Assembly (NCBI GenBank): GCA_963803805.1
Contig: CAWDOD010000002.1
Coordinates: 832,001-896,000, forward strand
DNA: 64,000 nucleotides
Source: an uncultured cyanobacterium
GTDB taxonomy: Bacteria; Cyanobacteriota; Cyanobacteriia; Cyanobacteriales; CAWCAG01
Direction of reading: 5' to 3'
In this document: positions 1-10,873 of the stretch, one piece after another
How positions within the stretch are numbered: the stretch's first letter is position 1
Layout: each line of letters starts with the position of its first letter
Notes under the pieces: generated by a model
Told to the model about the DNA's origin: nothing
What the model saw: the letters and a program-made list of their open reading frames with translations, nothing else
The model's database searches: none
Program-made: the position numbers and the translations under genes

Positions 1-1081
1 CCTTGATCCCTTCTTTGTTATCTTGAGAACGATATAACCTAAGAGCAGTTTCTAAACTTTCTTTAGCTTCGCGATCTCTAGATCTACTGTGTAAAGCAAC
101 TCCTAAATTATAATGAGCATCGGGATTATCTGGGGCTAATTCTGCATAGCGGCGGAAAGCAATTATCGCCATCAGATAGTTTTCTTGATCCAGCATGATT
201 TTACCGATCGCAGCCTGGGCTGAGGGAGAATCATCTTCTAGGCTGACAGCTTTTTGATAGGATGCTAAAGCCCCTGCGCTATCTCCTTGGGCTTGAAGAA
301 TGTTACCAATTTGTAGGTAAATCTTAGAGTTGTTGGGGCTAAGTTTAGCAGCTTCTTGTAATTCTTTTAATCCTGCATCCACTTTGCCTTCTTGTAACAA
401 AGCGATCGCTAACTGGAGGCGTAGGTTGCCGTTACCAGGGGAACGAGTAACAGCAGGTTGAAGGATTTCAATAGCTTCTTTATTACGTCCTTCTTCTAAA
501 AGCGCCGCTCCAATAATTGTGTAACCTTCGCTATAACCGGGATCAATAGCAATGGCTTTTTTATAGGCTTCTACTGCGGCGCTATATTCCCCGGCACGAA
601 GCAATACAACCCCTAAACCCATATGATTCTTAGGTTCGGTGGGGTTAAGCGAGATCGCTTGACGATAAGCATTTGCTGCGTTGCTGTTGTCCCCAGCATT
701 GGCAAAGCTATAACCTAGAGCATAATAAAACTCCGCATTTTGGGGATCAAGGCGAACAGCTTGTTGATAGGCTTGTGCTGCTTGAGAATAGTTGCCTTGA
801 CGAGCTTCTAGATAGCCAATGCCAGAGAAGATTTTGGCATTTTCTCTATCTAAGCTAGCTGCTTGTTGATAAGCTGCTACAGCGTTGGAGTAATTACCTT
901 TGTCTGCATATTCTCTCGCCTGTCGTAATAGCTCATTAAGCCTTTCAGCATTAGGGTTGTTTTGGGCTAATAAAACAGGTTCGTTTGCTTGGGCGATCGC
1001 GGGGGCAAAAATACCCCAACTAGCCAAGCAGAGACTAGCAACAAGAGAAATACTAGATTTAGTAAAGATTTTTTGTGACAC
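1..1081 (-). CDS. Tetratricopeptide-repeat protein with N-terminal signal peptide (3' end runs off the window; not in the supplied ORF track)
   Basis: Manual translation from GTG at 1081: MSQKIFTKSSISLVASLCLASWGIFAPAIAQA... followed by consecutive TPRs (AVAAYQQAASLD, AAQAYQQAVRLDPQNAEFYYALG, AVEAYKKAIAIDP, PDNPDAHYNLGVAL). Frame is open to position 1. Confidence 0.9.
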   Translation of the reverse strand, partial: MSQKIFTKSSISLVASLCLASWGIFAPAIAQANEPVLLAQNNPNAERLNELLRQAREYADKGNYSNAVAAYQQAASLDRENAKIFSGIGYLEARQGNYSQAAQAYQQAVRLDPQNAEFYYALGYSFANAGDNSNAANAYRQAISLNPTEPKNHMGLGVVLLRAGEYSAAVEAYKKAIAIDPGYSEGYTIIGAALLEEGRNKEAIEILQPAVTRSPGNGNLRLQLAIALLQEGKVDAGLKELQEAAKLSPNNSKIYLQIGNILQAQGDSAGALASYQKAVSLEDDSPSAQAAIGKIMLDQENYLMAIIAFRRYAELAPDNPDAHYNLGVALHSRSRDREAKESLETALRLYRSQDNKEGIK

Positions 1082-1601
1082 GGCTGGATTTATTAGTAGT
1101 GTGAGTTAGAATTTTCCTAGGACAGAAAAAGCTCTGTAACTTTTTAATCCTTGGGTTTTAGGGACTAGGTAAACCGTTAAGTTAACTAGAAAACCTAAAA
1201 GCTGAGGAAAATATATGGAGGTCAGTTGATGATTGTACAGCAACTGACCAAATTCTCATACCCATATTTACAGAGTTGAGATTATTAAATCCTGATATAA
1301 GTTCAACTAATTTCCTTAAAGTGCGATTTCATCTCAATAAACTAACTTAAATAGATGAATTTTGGCTCTAAATAAGGTAAAGAAGTGGTGATTTAGTAAG
1401 GAAAGAGAAGGATTTATTGATATTTTCCTTGTTTTAATTTCAGCTTATTAATCTCGTCACTTGCGCCAATCTTTTTCCTTTCAAAAAATAAAAGTCTTGT
1501 TCTCAGTACATCTGTATTTCTACTCTTAGTCAGAGTTTCAGAAATAAAGGAAAAAGGTGTAACGAGTTTATAATTCCCCTCTGCTTCCATTGAAAAGATT
1601 T

Positions 1602-2744
1602 TTAAATTAAAAAATTATTACCATCTAAATCATCTCTTAATTCGGGATAATATATTGGGTTAACTTGAAGTAATGTTCCTTCTTTGTTAACCACACCAGA
1701 ACGATATAAAACTTGGATAAGATTTTGAACAATATCTTCATCATCTCCCAAACTATAGGCTAAATGAGGCAAGGTAATTACTCCGTGGAGTAGTAGGGAA
1801 AAAAGTAGATAATGTTGGTTATGGGATAAACTTGGTAAATCTGGTAAGTAGGGATTTTCTACTTTGATAGTTGCAGATTCCTCCTGTGATTCAGAATTGT
1901 TAACCTCATAGCTTAGAGAATCTAAAAATAGTTGTTTAGCGACACTACTTATCCCCCTCGACCTAACAGTTAATTTTTTAAAATACTTTTGTTGTGCTGT
2001 TTCTCGTTCTTCTTTTGCTAATTTATCACTAAAACCTATCTTTGCTTCAGTAATAATTGGAGCTAACCAAGCTTGCAAGTCTTCTTCTTCTAAGGTAGGT
2101 AAAGAGAAAGTTTGGTCAAAATAGGCTTCTATTTTATCTACGTAATCAAGATATTGCCAACTAACCTGTTGAGCGCCAATTAACCAAAAGCGAGAACGAT
2201 CTTTGAGTACGATATCTCTTAAGTAATCAATACCATCAAGGCCTTCCACACCCCGCAAGAAACACCAACTCAAGTTCGGAATAACCACAATTTCTTCATG
2301 TCCTTCTTTCATAACTAAGGTTGCTCTTCCTAATTGGGAGCGCAGTTTTTCTGGTATATTCCTAAAATCATCGGGGCGCTCATTCCAGGGCAACCATTTA
2401 CAAGAAATATGCAGTTTTTCTGGTAATTGGTTTAAACCTTCTGTGAACAAAGAAAATACTGATTCTACCGGATTAGTTAAGACCACTAAACTATTAGAAG
2501 AAGTAGCCGGATATTCGCGCCATTTCTCTAAAGCTGCTTCTAAAACTGTTTGAAAATCCTCCTGTTGATTGGGAGGATTTGGCAAGCTTTCTACCAGCTT
2601 AGTAAGATGTTGAAAAAGCTCTGGGGGCAATTTGGTGAGGTTTTCTTCAGGTGCTGTTTCCTCTTTATCTCCAAAAAACAAAGGTTTAATGTCTTTATAG
2701 GTGTTATGCCACCAAGTTTCTAGATAGTCAAAGGGATTGAACAT
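1602..2744 (-). CDS. Hypothetical protein, possibly a degenerate AAA+-like fold with a C-terminal winged helix
   Basis: 380-aa ORF. C-terminal LLFSLLLHGVITLPHLAYSLG...LYRSGVV resembles a winged HTH. No intact Walker A motif. Confidence 0.6.
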   Translation of the reverse strand: MFNPFDYLETWWHNTYKDIKPLFFGDKEETAPEENLTKLPPELFQHLTKLVESLPNPPNQQEDFQTVLEAALEKWREYPATSSNSLVVLTNPVESVFSLFTEGLNQLPEKLHISCKWLPWNERPDDFRNIPEKLRSQLGRATLVMKEGHEEIVVIPNLSWCFLRGVEGLDGIDYLRDIVLKDRSRFWLIGAQQVSWQYLDYVDKIEAYFDQTFSLPTLEEEDLQAWLAPIITEAKIGFSDKLAKEERETAQQKYFKKLTVRSRGISSVAKQLFLDSLSYEVNNSESQEESATIKVENPYLPDLPSLSHNQHYLLFSLLLHGVITLPHLAYSLGDDEDIVQNLIQVLYRSGVVNKEGTLLQVNPIYYPELRDDLDGNNFLI

Positions 2745-2871
2745 TTATCATTAAACATTTCTAGATTTTAGATTTAATTTAAGCTGGTACGTACTCAAAC
2801 TGATCCCAATGATACAGGGGACAAATTCTCGGACGACGCTAAAATATTAAGGACTGTTAAATGCTGTCTTT

Positions 2872-5766
2872 ATGTCTCATCCTCTCAATATCTCAGATTC
2901 CTTACCTCATACTAATCAAAATGGCTCTCGTGGTGAAAGTCGTAATACTATTCGTATTCGCGGTGCAAGGCAGCATAACCTGAAAAACATTGACTTAGAA
3001 ATTCCCCGCGATCGCTTGATTGTATTTACAGGGGTTTCTGGTTCAGGAAAGTCTTCTTTAGCTTTTGATACCATTTTTGCTGAAGGGCAACGTCGCTACG
3101 TCGAGTCCCTCAGCGCCTATGCTAGACAATTTTTAGGACAGTTGGATAAGCCCGATGTTGATGCCATTGAAGGGTTAAGCCCCGCTATATCCATTGACCA
3201 AAAGTCTACCTCCCATAACCCTCGTTCTAGTGTGGGTACGGTTACGGAAATTTATGACTATTTGAGGTTATTATTCGGTAGGGCAGGAGAACCCCACTGT
3301 CCGGTTTGTGATCGCAATATTGCCCCCCAAACCATTGATGAAATGTGCGATCGCATCACTGAACTTCCTGATGGGACTCGCTTTCAAATTTTAGCCCCAG
3401 TAGCAAGAGGGAAAAAAGGAACCCACAAAAAACTAATCTCTGCCCTCGCAGCAGAGGGTTTTGTGAGAATCAGGGTAGATGGAGAAATTCGCGAACTTAG
3501 TGATGCTATTGAATTAAACAAAAACCATAAACATGATCTCGAAATTGTCGTAGATCGTTTGGTGAAAAAGCCTGATATCCAGGAACGCTTAGCTGATTCT
3601 TTAGCTACTTGTTTAAGGCGAGCTGAAGGTATTGCAGTTATTTTAACCGTACCAAAAGAAGGAAGCGAAGAACAGGCAAAGGAGATAGTCTTTTCAGAGA
3701 ACTTTGCCTGCCCAGAACATGGGGCAGTAATGCAGGAACTCTCTCCCCGGTTATTTTCTTTTAACTCCCCTTATGGCGCTTGTCCTAGCTGCCACGGTTT
3801 GGGTAACTTAAGAAAGTTTTCTCCAGAGTTAATTATACCAGACCCAGAAAAGCCAGTTTATGCCGCGATCGCTCCTTGGTCAGAAAAAGATAATACCTAT
3901 TATCTCTCCCTTTTATTTGGGGTAGCCAAAGCCTATGATTTTGAAATTGCTACCCAGTGGAAAAATCTTACCCCGCAACAACAAGAAGTTCTGCTTTATG
4001 GTAGCGATGAAGAAATTTATATTGAAGGAGAAACCTACAAAGGCGATCACCGGGGTTATCATAAGCGTTATGCTGGCATCTTACCCATGTTGGAGCGCCA
4101 ATACGAATCTTCTTCCGATAAATATAAAGAAAAGTTAGAACAGTATTTAGTTAACCAAACTTGCGAAGCTTGTCAGGGTAAGCGCCTGAAACCAGAATCT
4201 TTAGCTGTACGGTTGGGGCAATGCCGAATCACCGATTTAACTGCGGTGAATATCAATCAGTGCATAGCTAAAATCAGCAACCTACAACTTTCCCCTCGCC
4301 AAGCACAAATTGGGGATTTAGCCCTTAAAGAAATTAAAGCCCGGTTGCAATTTCTTTTGGATGTGGGCTTAGATTATCTTACCTTGGATAGGGCAGCGAT
4401 GACCCTTTCGGGGGGGGAAGCACAACGCATCCGTTTAGCAACGCAAATTGGGGCAGGCTTAACGGGGGTACTTTATGTTTTAGATGAACCTAGCATCGGT
4501 TTACATCAACGGGACAACAACCGCTTACTAAACACCCTCAAAAAGCTGCGAGACTTAGGTAATACCTTAATTGTGGTAGAACATGATGAAGAAACTATCC
4601 GCAATGCTGACCAAATTGTTGATATTGGCCCCCATGCTGGTATTCATGGGGGCGAGGTGGTGGTACAAGGTGATTTAAAGGCTTTACTAAAAAATAAAAA
4701 GTCCCTCACCGGGGCTTATTTGTCTGGTAGAAAGGCGATTCCCACTCCTACTGAACGCCGTGAAGGTAAAGGACGTTCCTTAGTTCTCAAAGATTGCGAT
4801 CGCAATAACCTCAAACATATTGATGTAGAAATACCTTTAGGAAAACTAGTTTGCATCACTGGGGTTTCTGGTTCCGGCAAATCCACTTTAGTTAACGAAC
4901 TCCTCTATCCTGCCCTCAAACATCATTTAACTAAAAATAAACCTTTTCCCAAAAATCTCGGTAAAATTAAAGGTTTGCAAGCTATTGATAAAGCGATTGT
5001 CATTGATCAATCTCCCATTGGTAGAACTCCTCGTTCCAATGCTGCCACTTACACAGGAGTTTTTGATGTCATCCGTAGTATCTTTGCTGAAACCATTGAA
5101 GCAAAAGCCAGGGGTTACAAACCAGGGCGCTTTTCTTTTAATGTTAAAGGGGGAAGGTGTGAAGCTTGTGGGGGACAGGGAGTTAACGTGATTGAAATGA
5201 ACTTCTTGCCTGATGTATATGTGCAGTGCGAAGTTTGTAAAGGTGCGCGCTACAACCGAGAGACTTTGCAAGTTAAATTCAAAGATAAATCCATCGCTGA
5301 TGTTCTAGCCATGACAGTGGAGGAAGCTTTGGAAACCTTTAAAAATATTCCCAGGGCGGCAAGCCGTTTGCAAACCTTATTAGATGTGGGTTTGGGCTAC
5401 ATTAAATTAGGACAACCTGCCCCTACTTTATCAGGGGGAGAAGCCCAGCGAGTTAAGTTAGCTTCAGAATTATCCCGCCGCGCCACGGGCAAAACCCTTT
5501 ATTTAATCGATGAACCCACCACAGGTTTGTCTTTTTATGATGTCCATCACCTTTTAAATGTCTTGCAACGTTTGGTAGATAAAGGCAATTCTATTTTAGT
5601 AATTGAACACAACTTAGATGTGATTCGTTGTGCTGACTGGATTGTTGATTTGGGGCCAGAAGGAGGCGATCGCGGGGGAGAAATCATTGCTGTAGGAACC
5701 CCGGAAACTGTTGCTAAGGAGGAAAAATCTTACACCGGGCATTATTTAAAGCAGGTTTTAACTTAA
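2872..5766 (+). CDS. uvrA: Excinuclease ABC subunit A
   Basis: IRIRGARQHNLKN, two GVSGSGKS Walker A motifs, two LSGGEAQR signatures and CxxC zinc fingers. Confidence 0.99.
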   Translation: MSHPLNISDSLPHTNQNGSRGESRNTIRIRGARQHNLKNIDLEIPRDRLIVFTGVSGSGKSSLAFDTIFAEGQRRYVESLSAYARQFLGQLDKPDVDAIEGLSPAISIDQKSTSHNPRSSVGTVTEIYDYLRLLFGRAGEPHCPVCDRNIAPQTIDEMCDRITELPDGTRFQILAPVARGKKGTHKKLISALAAEGFVRIRVDGEIRELSDAIELNKNHKHDLEIVVDRLVKKPDIQERLADSLATCLRRAEGIAVILTVPKEGSEEQAKEIVFSENFACPEHGAVMQELSPRLFSFNSPYGACPSCHGLGNLRKFSPELIIPDPEKPVYAAIAPWSEKDNTYYLSLLFGVAKAYDFEIATQWKNLTPQQQEVLLYGSDEEIYIEGETYKGDHRGYHKRYAGILPMLERQYESSSDKYKEKLEQYLVNQTCEACQGKRLKPESLAVRLGQCRITDLTAVNINQCIAKISNLQLSPRQAQIGDLALKEIKARLQFLLDVGLDYLTLDRAAMTLSGGEAQRIRLATQIGAGLTGVLYVLDEPSIGLHQRDNNRLLNTLKKLRDLGNTLIVVEHDEETIRNADQIVDIGPHAGIHGGEVVVQGDLKALLKNKKSLTGAYLSGRKAIPTPTERREGKGRSLVLKDCDRNNLKHIDVEIPLGKLVCITGVSGSGKSTLVNELLYPALKHHLTKNKPFPKNLGKIKGLQAIDKAIVIDQSPIGRTPRSNAATYTGVFDVIRSIFAETIEAKARGYKPGRFSFNVKGGRCEACGGQGVNVIEMNFLPDVYVQCEVCKGARYNRETLQVKFKDKSIADVLAMTVEEALETFKNIPRAASRLQTLLDVGLGYIKLGQPAPTLSGGEAQRVKLASELSRRATGKTLYLIDEPTTGLSFYDVHHLLNVLQRLVDKGNSILVIEHNLDVIRCADWIVDLGPEGGDRGGEIIAVGTPETVAKEEKSYTGHYLKQVLT

Positions 5767-5907
5767 AAAGTCTGTTTGGTATTCACCTTTTCAGGTTTTT
5801 TTAGCAAAGTTAAATACGACTCTTAATTTCGCTGTTTTTTCTATTTAAAGGAGTTTGTTAAACTACTTAAGGATCTTGGTTAGAAAAAACCTAATAAACA
5901 ATCAAAG

Positions 5908-7728
5908 ATGAGAACTGCACCAAAAATTGAGTCTAGTAATCTAAGTATCGCTGATTTATTTAGAGACTTCTACTCAGTACCTGACTTCCAGAGAGAGTAT
6001 GTATGGCAAAAATCCAATGTTGAGAGATTGCTATCAGATATTTATTATGAACTTTATGAAGAAGATGTAGCTCTAGATGATACTGAGTATTTTTTGGGTT
6101 CCATTGTAGTTTTCCGAGATGAAGATAAAACTTTTCAGTTGATTGATGGTCAACAAAGACTAACAACTATATATTTAATTTTTTGTGTTGTTCGCAACTT
6201 GATTGTAGATTTAGGTAGTAAGTCTAGAGCTTTAGATGATTTGATAGCTGGGGTTACTCAAGACATGAAAACTGGAGAAGATATTAGCCGAGATCATCTC
6301 TCTCTTCAGTACGATAGCGATAGTGCAAAATTTCTTGCCAATCTTGCTGATAAAAAGTTAGTTGGTAGCCAGATTGATAATAATTCTAGCTCAGTTGGTA
6401 ATTTGTTTGAAGCTACTAAAATAATCCAAAATTTTGTTAATGAACGATTTATCAAAGAGCCGAAACATCTCAAACAGTTTTCTTCCGCTTTAAGTAATAA
6501 AGTAAAGGTAATTAGAATAGAAACTCCTAATTTGAGTAATGCTCTAAGAGTTTTTGAAACAATTAATGAACGAGGCATAGGTCTAACACCAATCGATTTG
6601 CTGAAAAACTATTTGTTTATAAATATTTCTCCTGAAAGAAGCGTTAAGAGGCAATGGTCAAGTCTCAAATCGAGATGGGATAAATTACTAAAAAACTTAT
6701 ATAACAAAAAGGAGAAAGAGAAACCTACACGTTTTCTTCGCTACTATATTATGTCCCATTATAATGTTGATCTAAAAAATGGTTTTCCTGAAGAAGATAT
6801 ATACAACTGGTTCGTGAAGGAAGAATCATATCATAGAATACATCAAGACCCCATAAAGTTTGTTGATGAGTTAATAAAAGCTAGCCAACATTATCGAATG
6901 TTCAAAGAAGGAAAAAACACCGATGGTTCACATAATAGGTACTTGGGTAACATAGAAGAGTTTCGGGGGCGTAATAGTCAATACTTCATATTACTTTTAG
7001 CCGGCAGGCATTTAGAGAAAGATTTGTTTGTCAAACTATGCGAGCAAGTAGAAAACTTGCTTTTTATCTATACTTTTATCCGTAAGGGCAGGAGTAAAGA
7101 CGTTAACCTTACTCGTATATTTTCTCAGTGGAGTGAAAAACTGCACTCAATAAGAAATGCTGAACAGCTATCGACTTTTATAGAAGAGCATTTCAAAAAA
7201 ACAGTTGATTCTTGGAGTTCTGAATTTGAAACCTTTTTCAAGGGATTAACGGAATTAGATATAGCTAAGTACCGACTTCGTTATATTTTGGCCAAACTAA
7301 GTCAATTTGTAGATGAAAAAGCTTATAGTGGTTACAAACCTTTAAATTCCTATCTGACTAAATCTACGCATATTGAACATATATTACCTCAATCGAGAAA
7401 AATTGATCTAATTGATAATTTTGATCAGCCAGAAGAATATGATTACTATGTTAAAAAACTTGGTAATTTGACGCTATTAGAAAATTCAATTAATAGTTCT
7501 ATTTCTAATAAGCCGTATGAACTAAAAAAGCAAGGTTATCGACATTCGCAAATGTTGATAACTAGGTCTTTAGTTGAAAAGCCAAATGTAGGTAGCAACA
7601 CCCAAATAAACCGCAGTGTAGAAAATCTAGAACTTGAACAATATGATGATTGGACATCTGGTTCTATAGACAAACGTCAAGATAAATTAGCAAATTTAGC
7701 CAAAAAAGTTTGGGGTTTGTCTTCTTGA
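5908..7728 (+). CDS. DUF262 + DUF1524 (HNH) protein, GmrSD/SspE-like modification-dependent nuclease
   Basis: DUF262 motifs VPDFQREYVW, IDGQQRLTT and FETINERG. C-terminal HIEHILPQ...LGNLTLLENSINSSISNK is the DUF1524 HNH. Confidence 0.9.
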   Translation: MRTAPKIESSNLSIADLFRDFYSVPDFQREYVWQKSNVERLLSDIYYELYEEDVALDDTEYFLGSIVVFRDEDKTFQLIDGQQRLTTIYLIFCVVRNLIVDLGSKSRALDDLIAGVTQDMKTGEDISRDHLSLQYDSDSAKFLANLADKKLVGSQIDNNSSSVGNLFEATKIIQNFVNERFIKEPKHLKQFSSALSNKVKVIRIETPNLSNALRVFETINERGIGLTPIDLLKNYLFINISPERSVKRQWSSLKSRWDKLLKNLYNKKEKEKPTRFLRYYIMSHYNVDLKNGFPEEDIYNWFVKEESYHRIHQDPIKFVDELIKASQHYRMFKEGKNTDGSHNRYLGNIEEFRGRNSQYFILLLAGRHLEKDLFVKLCEQVENLLFIYTFIRKGRSKDVNLTRIFSQWSEKLHSIRNAEQLSTFIEEHFKKTVDSWSSEFETFFKGLTELDIAKYRLRYILAKLSQFVDEKAYSGYKPLNSYLTKSTHIEHILPQSRKIDLIDNFDQPEEYDYYVKKLGNLTLLENSINSSISNKPYELKKQGYRHSQMLITRSLVEKPNVGSNTQINRSVENLELEQYDDWTSGSIDKRQDKLANLAKKVWGLSS

Positions 7729-8005
7729 AGCAAGTTTGTTTAAATGGTCAGTACTCTCCCCTTGAAACCTTACTAATACATGGGCATAAACTTATGTGCG
7801 TTTAAACCATATTATTAATATAGAAAATAAAACCTGAAACTTTCTTCCTTCTACCTATCTTCAAGTTAGCATTACCAAGAAGTTAAAAAAGCGAGGAAAA
7901 ATAGGTAAAGAAGTTCTTTTTTCTCCTCCTATTTTTCCTACAACCTTCAAGCATTGTGTAACTCAATAAAACCCTGCTCTCTCTAAGTAATAAGCAAGTT
8001 ATTAT

Positions 8006-9208
8006 TTAACTGCGGGTTTTTTCTGCCCAAACTTTGGTAGACATTCCCCAAATATAAATAAAGCCTTCTGCTGCCTTGTGGTCGAACTTATCATCTGCAC
8101 CATAGGTAGCTAAATCAGGGGAATAGATAGAATGATCTGATTGACGACCAACTACCCTAGCACTACCTTTAAATAATTTCACCCTAACTGTGCCAGAAAC
8201 TCGTTCTTGTGTTTCTTGGATAAAGGCATCAAGGGCCGCTTTTAAAGGAGAGTACCATAAGCCCTTATAAATAAGTTGACTATAGGTTTCTTCGATACCC
8301 CGCTTATATTGGGTAACATCGGCGGTTAAGGTTAAACTTTCCAAATCACGATGGGCATCTATCAAGACTGAAAGGGCTGGTACTTCATAAATTTCTCGCG
8401 ATTTAATCCCTACCACCCGATTTTCAATCATGTCAATGCGCCCTACGCCATGATTACCGACGATTTCGTTGAGTTGAGAAATTAAGGCGACAGGATCAAG
8501 TTGCTTTCCGTTAATAGCAACGGGAAGTCCTCTCTCAAAACCAATTTCTACATATTCTGGTTCATTGGGGGTATCGGCGATCGCCTTAGTCATGACAAAA
8601 ACTTCTTCAGCCGCTTCTGTCATCGGATCTTCAAGGGGACCCGCTTCAATACTGCGACCAAGTAAGTTACGATCAATGCTATAGGGGGAAGACTTCTTTA
8701 CGGGGGCCGGAATACCAAAACGTTCTCCATAAGCAATGGTTTCCTCACGACTCATACCCCATTCCCTAGCAGGGGCTAGTACCTTAAGATCGGGGTTGAG
8801 GGCCATAATTGCCACATCAAAGCGAACTTGGTCATTACCTTTCCCTGTACAACCATGAACTACGGCATCCGCCCCATGTTCAACTGCTGCATCCACTAAA
8901 AGTTTAGCAATTAAAGGACGGGCTAAAGCAGTGGAAAGAGGATAGCGATTTTCATAGAGGGCATTAGCTTGTAAGGCAGGAAAAGCATAATCTTTGATAA
9001 AAACAGTAGTTGCATCAGCTACTAATGATTTAGCAGCCCCTGAAGTGAGGGCTTTTTCCTTAATTGGCCCTAACTCTTCTCCTTGCCCCAAATCTGCGGC
9101 TAAGGTAATAACCTCTTTAACACCCCATTCTTCCTTGAGGTAAGGAATACAAACTGAAGTATCTACACCACCAGAATAAGCGAGTATAACTTTATTAGCG
9201 CGACTCAT
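8006..9208 (-). CDS. argG: Argininosuccinate synthase
   Basis: [23 protein letters not shown] and IKSREIYE motifs. Confidence 0.99.
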   Translation of the reverse strand: MSRANKVILAYSGGVDTSVCIPYLKEEWGVKEVITLAADLGQGEELGPIKEKALTSGAAKSLVADATTVFIKDYAFPALQANALYENRYPLSTALARPLIAKLLVDAAVEHGADAVVHGCTGKGNDQVRFDVAIMALNPDLKVLAPAREWGMSREETIAYGERFGIPAPVKKSSPYSIDRNLLGRSIEAGPLEDPMTEAAEEVFVMTKAIADTPNEPEYVEIGFERGLPVAINGKQLDPVALISQLNEIVGNHGVGRIDMIENRVVGIKSREIYEVPALSVLIDAHRDLESLTLTADVTQYKRGIEETYSQLIYKGLWYSPLKAALDAFIQETQERVSGTVRVKLFKGSARVVGRQSDHSIYSPDLATYGADDKFDHKAAEGFIYIWGMSTKVWAEKTRS

Positions 9209-9506
9209 ATATCTTTGACCCTGAAAAACAACTAATCGGTTATTGTAACCATTTGCGGTACTTTAAATGACTATACAGGGGAGGAAGATACACTACTGTT
9301 TTAGTTGGCTACAATAACAAAAGAAGTTGCTTAATATCCTGTCAGGGTTAGGAAAATAAGCTTTCTTCATCATATTAGTTTGACTAGTTAGCTACCCAGA
9401 AAATTGATTTCTTAGATGATGCTATCTTGACAAAAAAACTAGATAGTTCACACAATACCCCTTTGTCAATAGCAAGGTTTAAGCGTAATAGTTAATTCTC
9501 AAGCCT

Positions 9507-10094
9507 ATGACTCATACTACAGAACAACTGATTCAGATTTTAGAGCAGGAACTCCAAGCTAATTGGAAAGGAGAAAGGATTCTATTATCTTGGCAAAATA
9601 GGATTAATGATCCTGTGGTTTCTAGGGCCTTAGACCCAAAAAAAATTAGTAAAGTGTTTGCTTATCGGGAGTTTCGCACCCAAATTCATGAATATCAAAG
9701 AGAGAACCATGTTTCTGGGATTATCTGGCGGGTTTCTAACTTTGACGGTAAATCCTTGAAATTCCCTGAATTACATAATGAATTAGTTGCCATACCAGGA
9801 GATAAACAAATTCTGACAGCAGCGAAGGAAGCAATTTTAGATTTTTGGGGGCAAGTTACCGAAGGTTTGAATTTTTGGCTAGCAACTAAAGAACGCAGGC
9901 GCATTTCTCCTGAGTTTTTAAGGGAATTAACTCAACAAGCAGAATGGGCTGAAATTAACGCCGCTAGGACGGAAATTTATCTTGGTTTATGTTGGGGAAA
10001 CCCAGAAAAACATCGTTATGAGTGGGCCCGTCCTCATTCTGGTTGTAACCAAATTATTGCTACGGTGAGTGAACCTAGCTCAATTAAAATTTAA
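9507..10094 (+). CDS. Hypothetical protein
   Basis: 195-aa ORF with normal composition and no recognised motif. Confidence 0.65.
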   Translation: MTHTTEQLIQILEQELQANWKGERILLSWQNRINDPVVSRALDPKKISKVFAYREFRTQIHEYQRENHVSGIIWRVSNFDGKSLKFPELHNELVAIPGDKQILTAAKEAILDFWGQVTEGLNFWLATKERRRISPEFLRELTQQAEWAEINAARTEIYLGLCWGNPEKHRYEWARPHSGCNQIIATVSEPSSIKI

Positions 10095-10166
10095 GAAGAA
10101 GGGAGCAGTGGAGTAAGTAATAAGTAACAAGTAATAAGTCAAACTACTATTGCAACATTGCTCAAC

Positions 10167-10826
10167 TTATGTTAGGTGTCTTTTGGCTTCTTCAGCTACT
10201 TGTCCAACTTCATCCTGCGCCAGCTTTTCTATCGTTGCTTGAGCTTGTTCTCCGCCAATGTTTCCTAAAGCTTGAACCAAACGGTAGCGTATTTGCCAAT
10301 CAGAATCTTCGGCATAGGGGATAATTAGGGGGATAGCGCGAGGATCTTTCAATTCACCAAAAGAACCGATAGCTGCGGTTTGGAGGAGGTTGTTATCAGA
10401 ATCCAAGGCTTCTTTTAAAAGTTCAAAACCCCTTGGATCGCCCATTTCTCCCAAAGTAGCGATGATACTAAATTGGATCAGCCACTCAGAAGTGTTGTGG
10501 TATAGTTTGGCTAAATCCTCAAAAGCCTCTGTGATTTTCAAAGCCCCCAAAGCATCTGCGGCTGCGGCTTGTACGTCAGCTTCGCTATCATGGAGTAGGC
10601 GATCGCGCAGCAATTTTAAAGAGGTTTGTAAGTCTTGGTTGCCTAATGTATCAAACTGACTAACGGCAGAGTAGCGAACTCTGGCATTTTGATCTCCAAC
10701 TAGGGGTTGCACCATCTTAAAAGCTGTACCTTGTTGCAACTGGCGTAGCTGATTGACTCCTCTGAGGCGATCGCCATAATCATCAGAATCAAGTAGTTCT
10801 TGTACGGACTCAGGAGTAATACTCAT
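10167..10826 (-). CDS. nblB: Phycobilisome degradation protein NblB (PBS-lyase HEAT repeats)
   Basis: MSITPESVQELLDSDDYGDRLRGVNQLRQL N-terminus and HEAT repeats (VRYSAVSQ, VQAAAADALG, WQIRYRLVQALG). Confidence 0.85.
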   Translation of the reverse strand: MSITPESVQELLDSDDYGDRLRGVNQLRQLQQGTAFKMVQPLVGDQNARVRYSAVSQFDTLGNQDLQTSLKLLRDRLLHDSEADVQAAAADALGALKITEAFEDLAKLYHNTSEWLIQFSIIATLGEMGDPRGFELLKEALDSDNNLLQTAAIGSFGELKDPRAIPLIIPYAEDSDWQIRYRLVQALGNIGGEQAQATIEKLAQDEVGQVAEEAKRHLT

Positions 10827-10873
10827 AAGCTTATAACATTGATCATTTATGATTAAACATTTATCTTATGTGA

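Noticed and set aside
673-1109. Two short + strand ORFs
   Set aside because: They are antisense to the TPR gene, which the ORF track missed because it runs off the window edge.
2745-2871. LexA box upstream of uvrA
   Set aside because: GGTACGTACTC does not match the cyanobacterial RGTAC-N3-DGTWC consensus.
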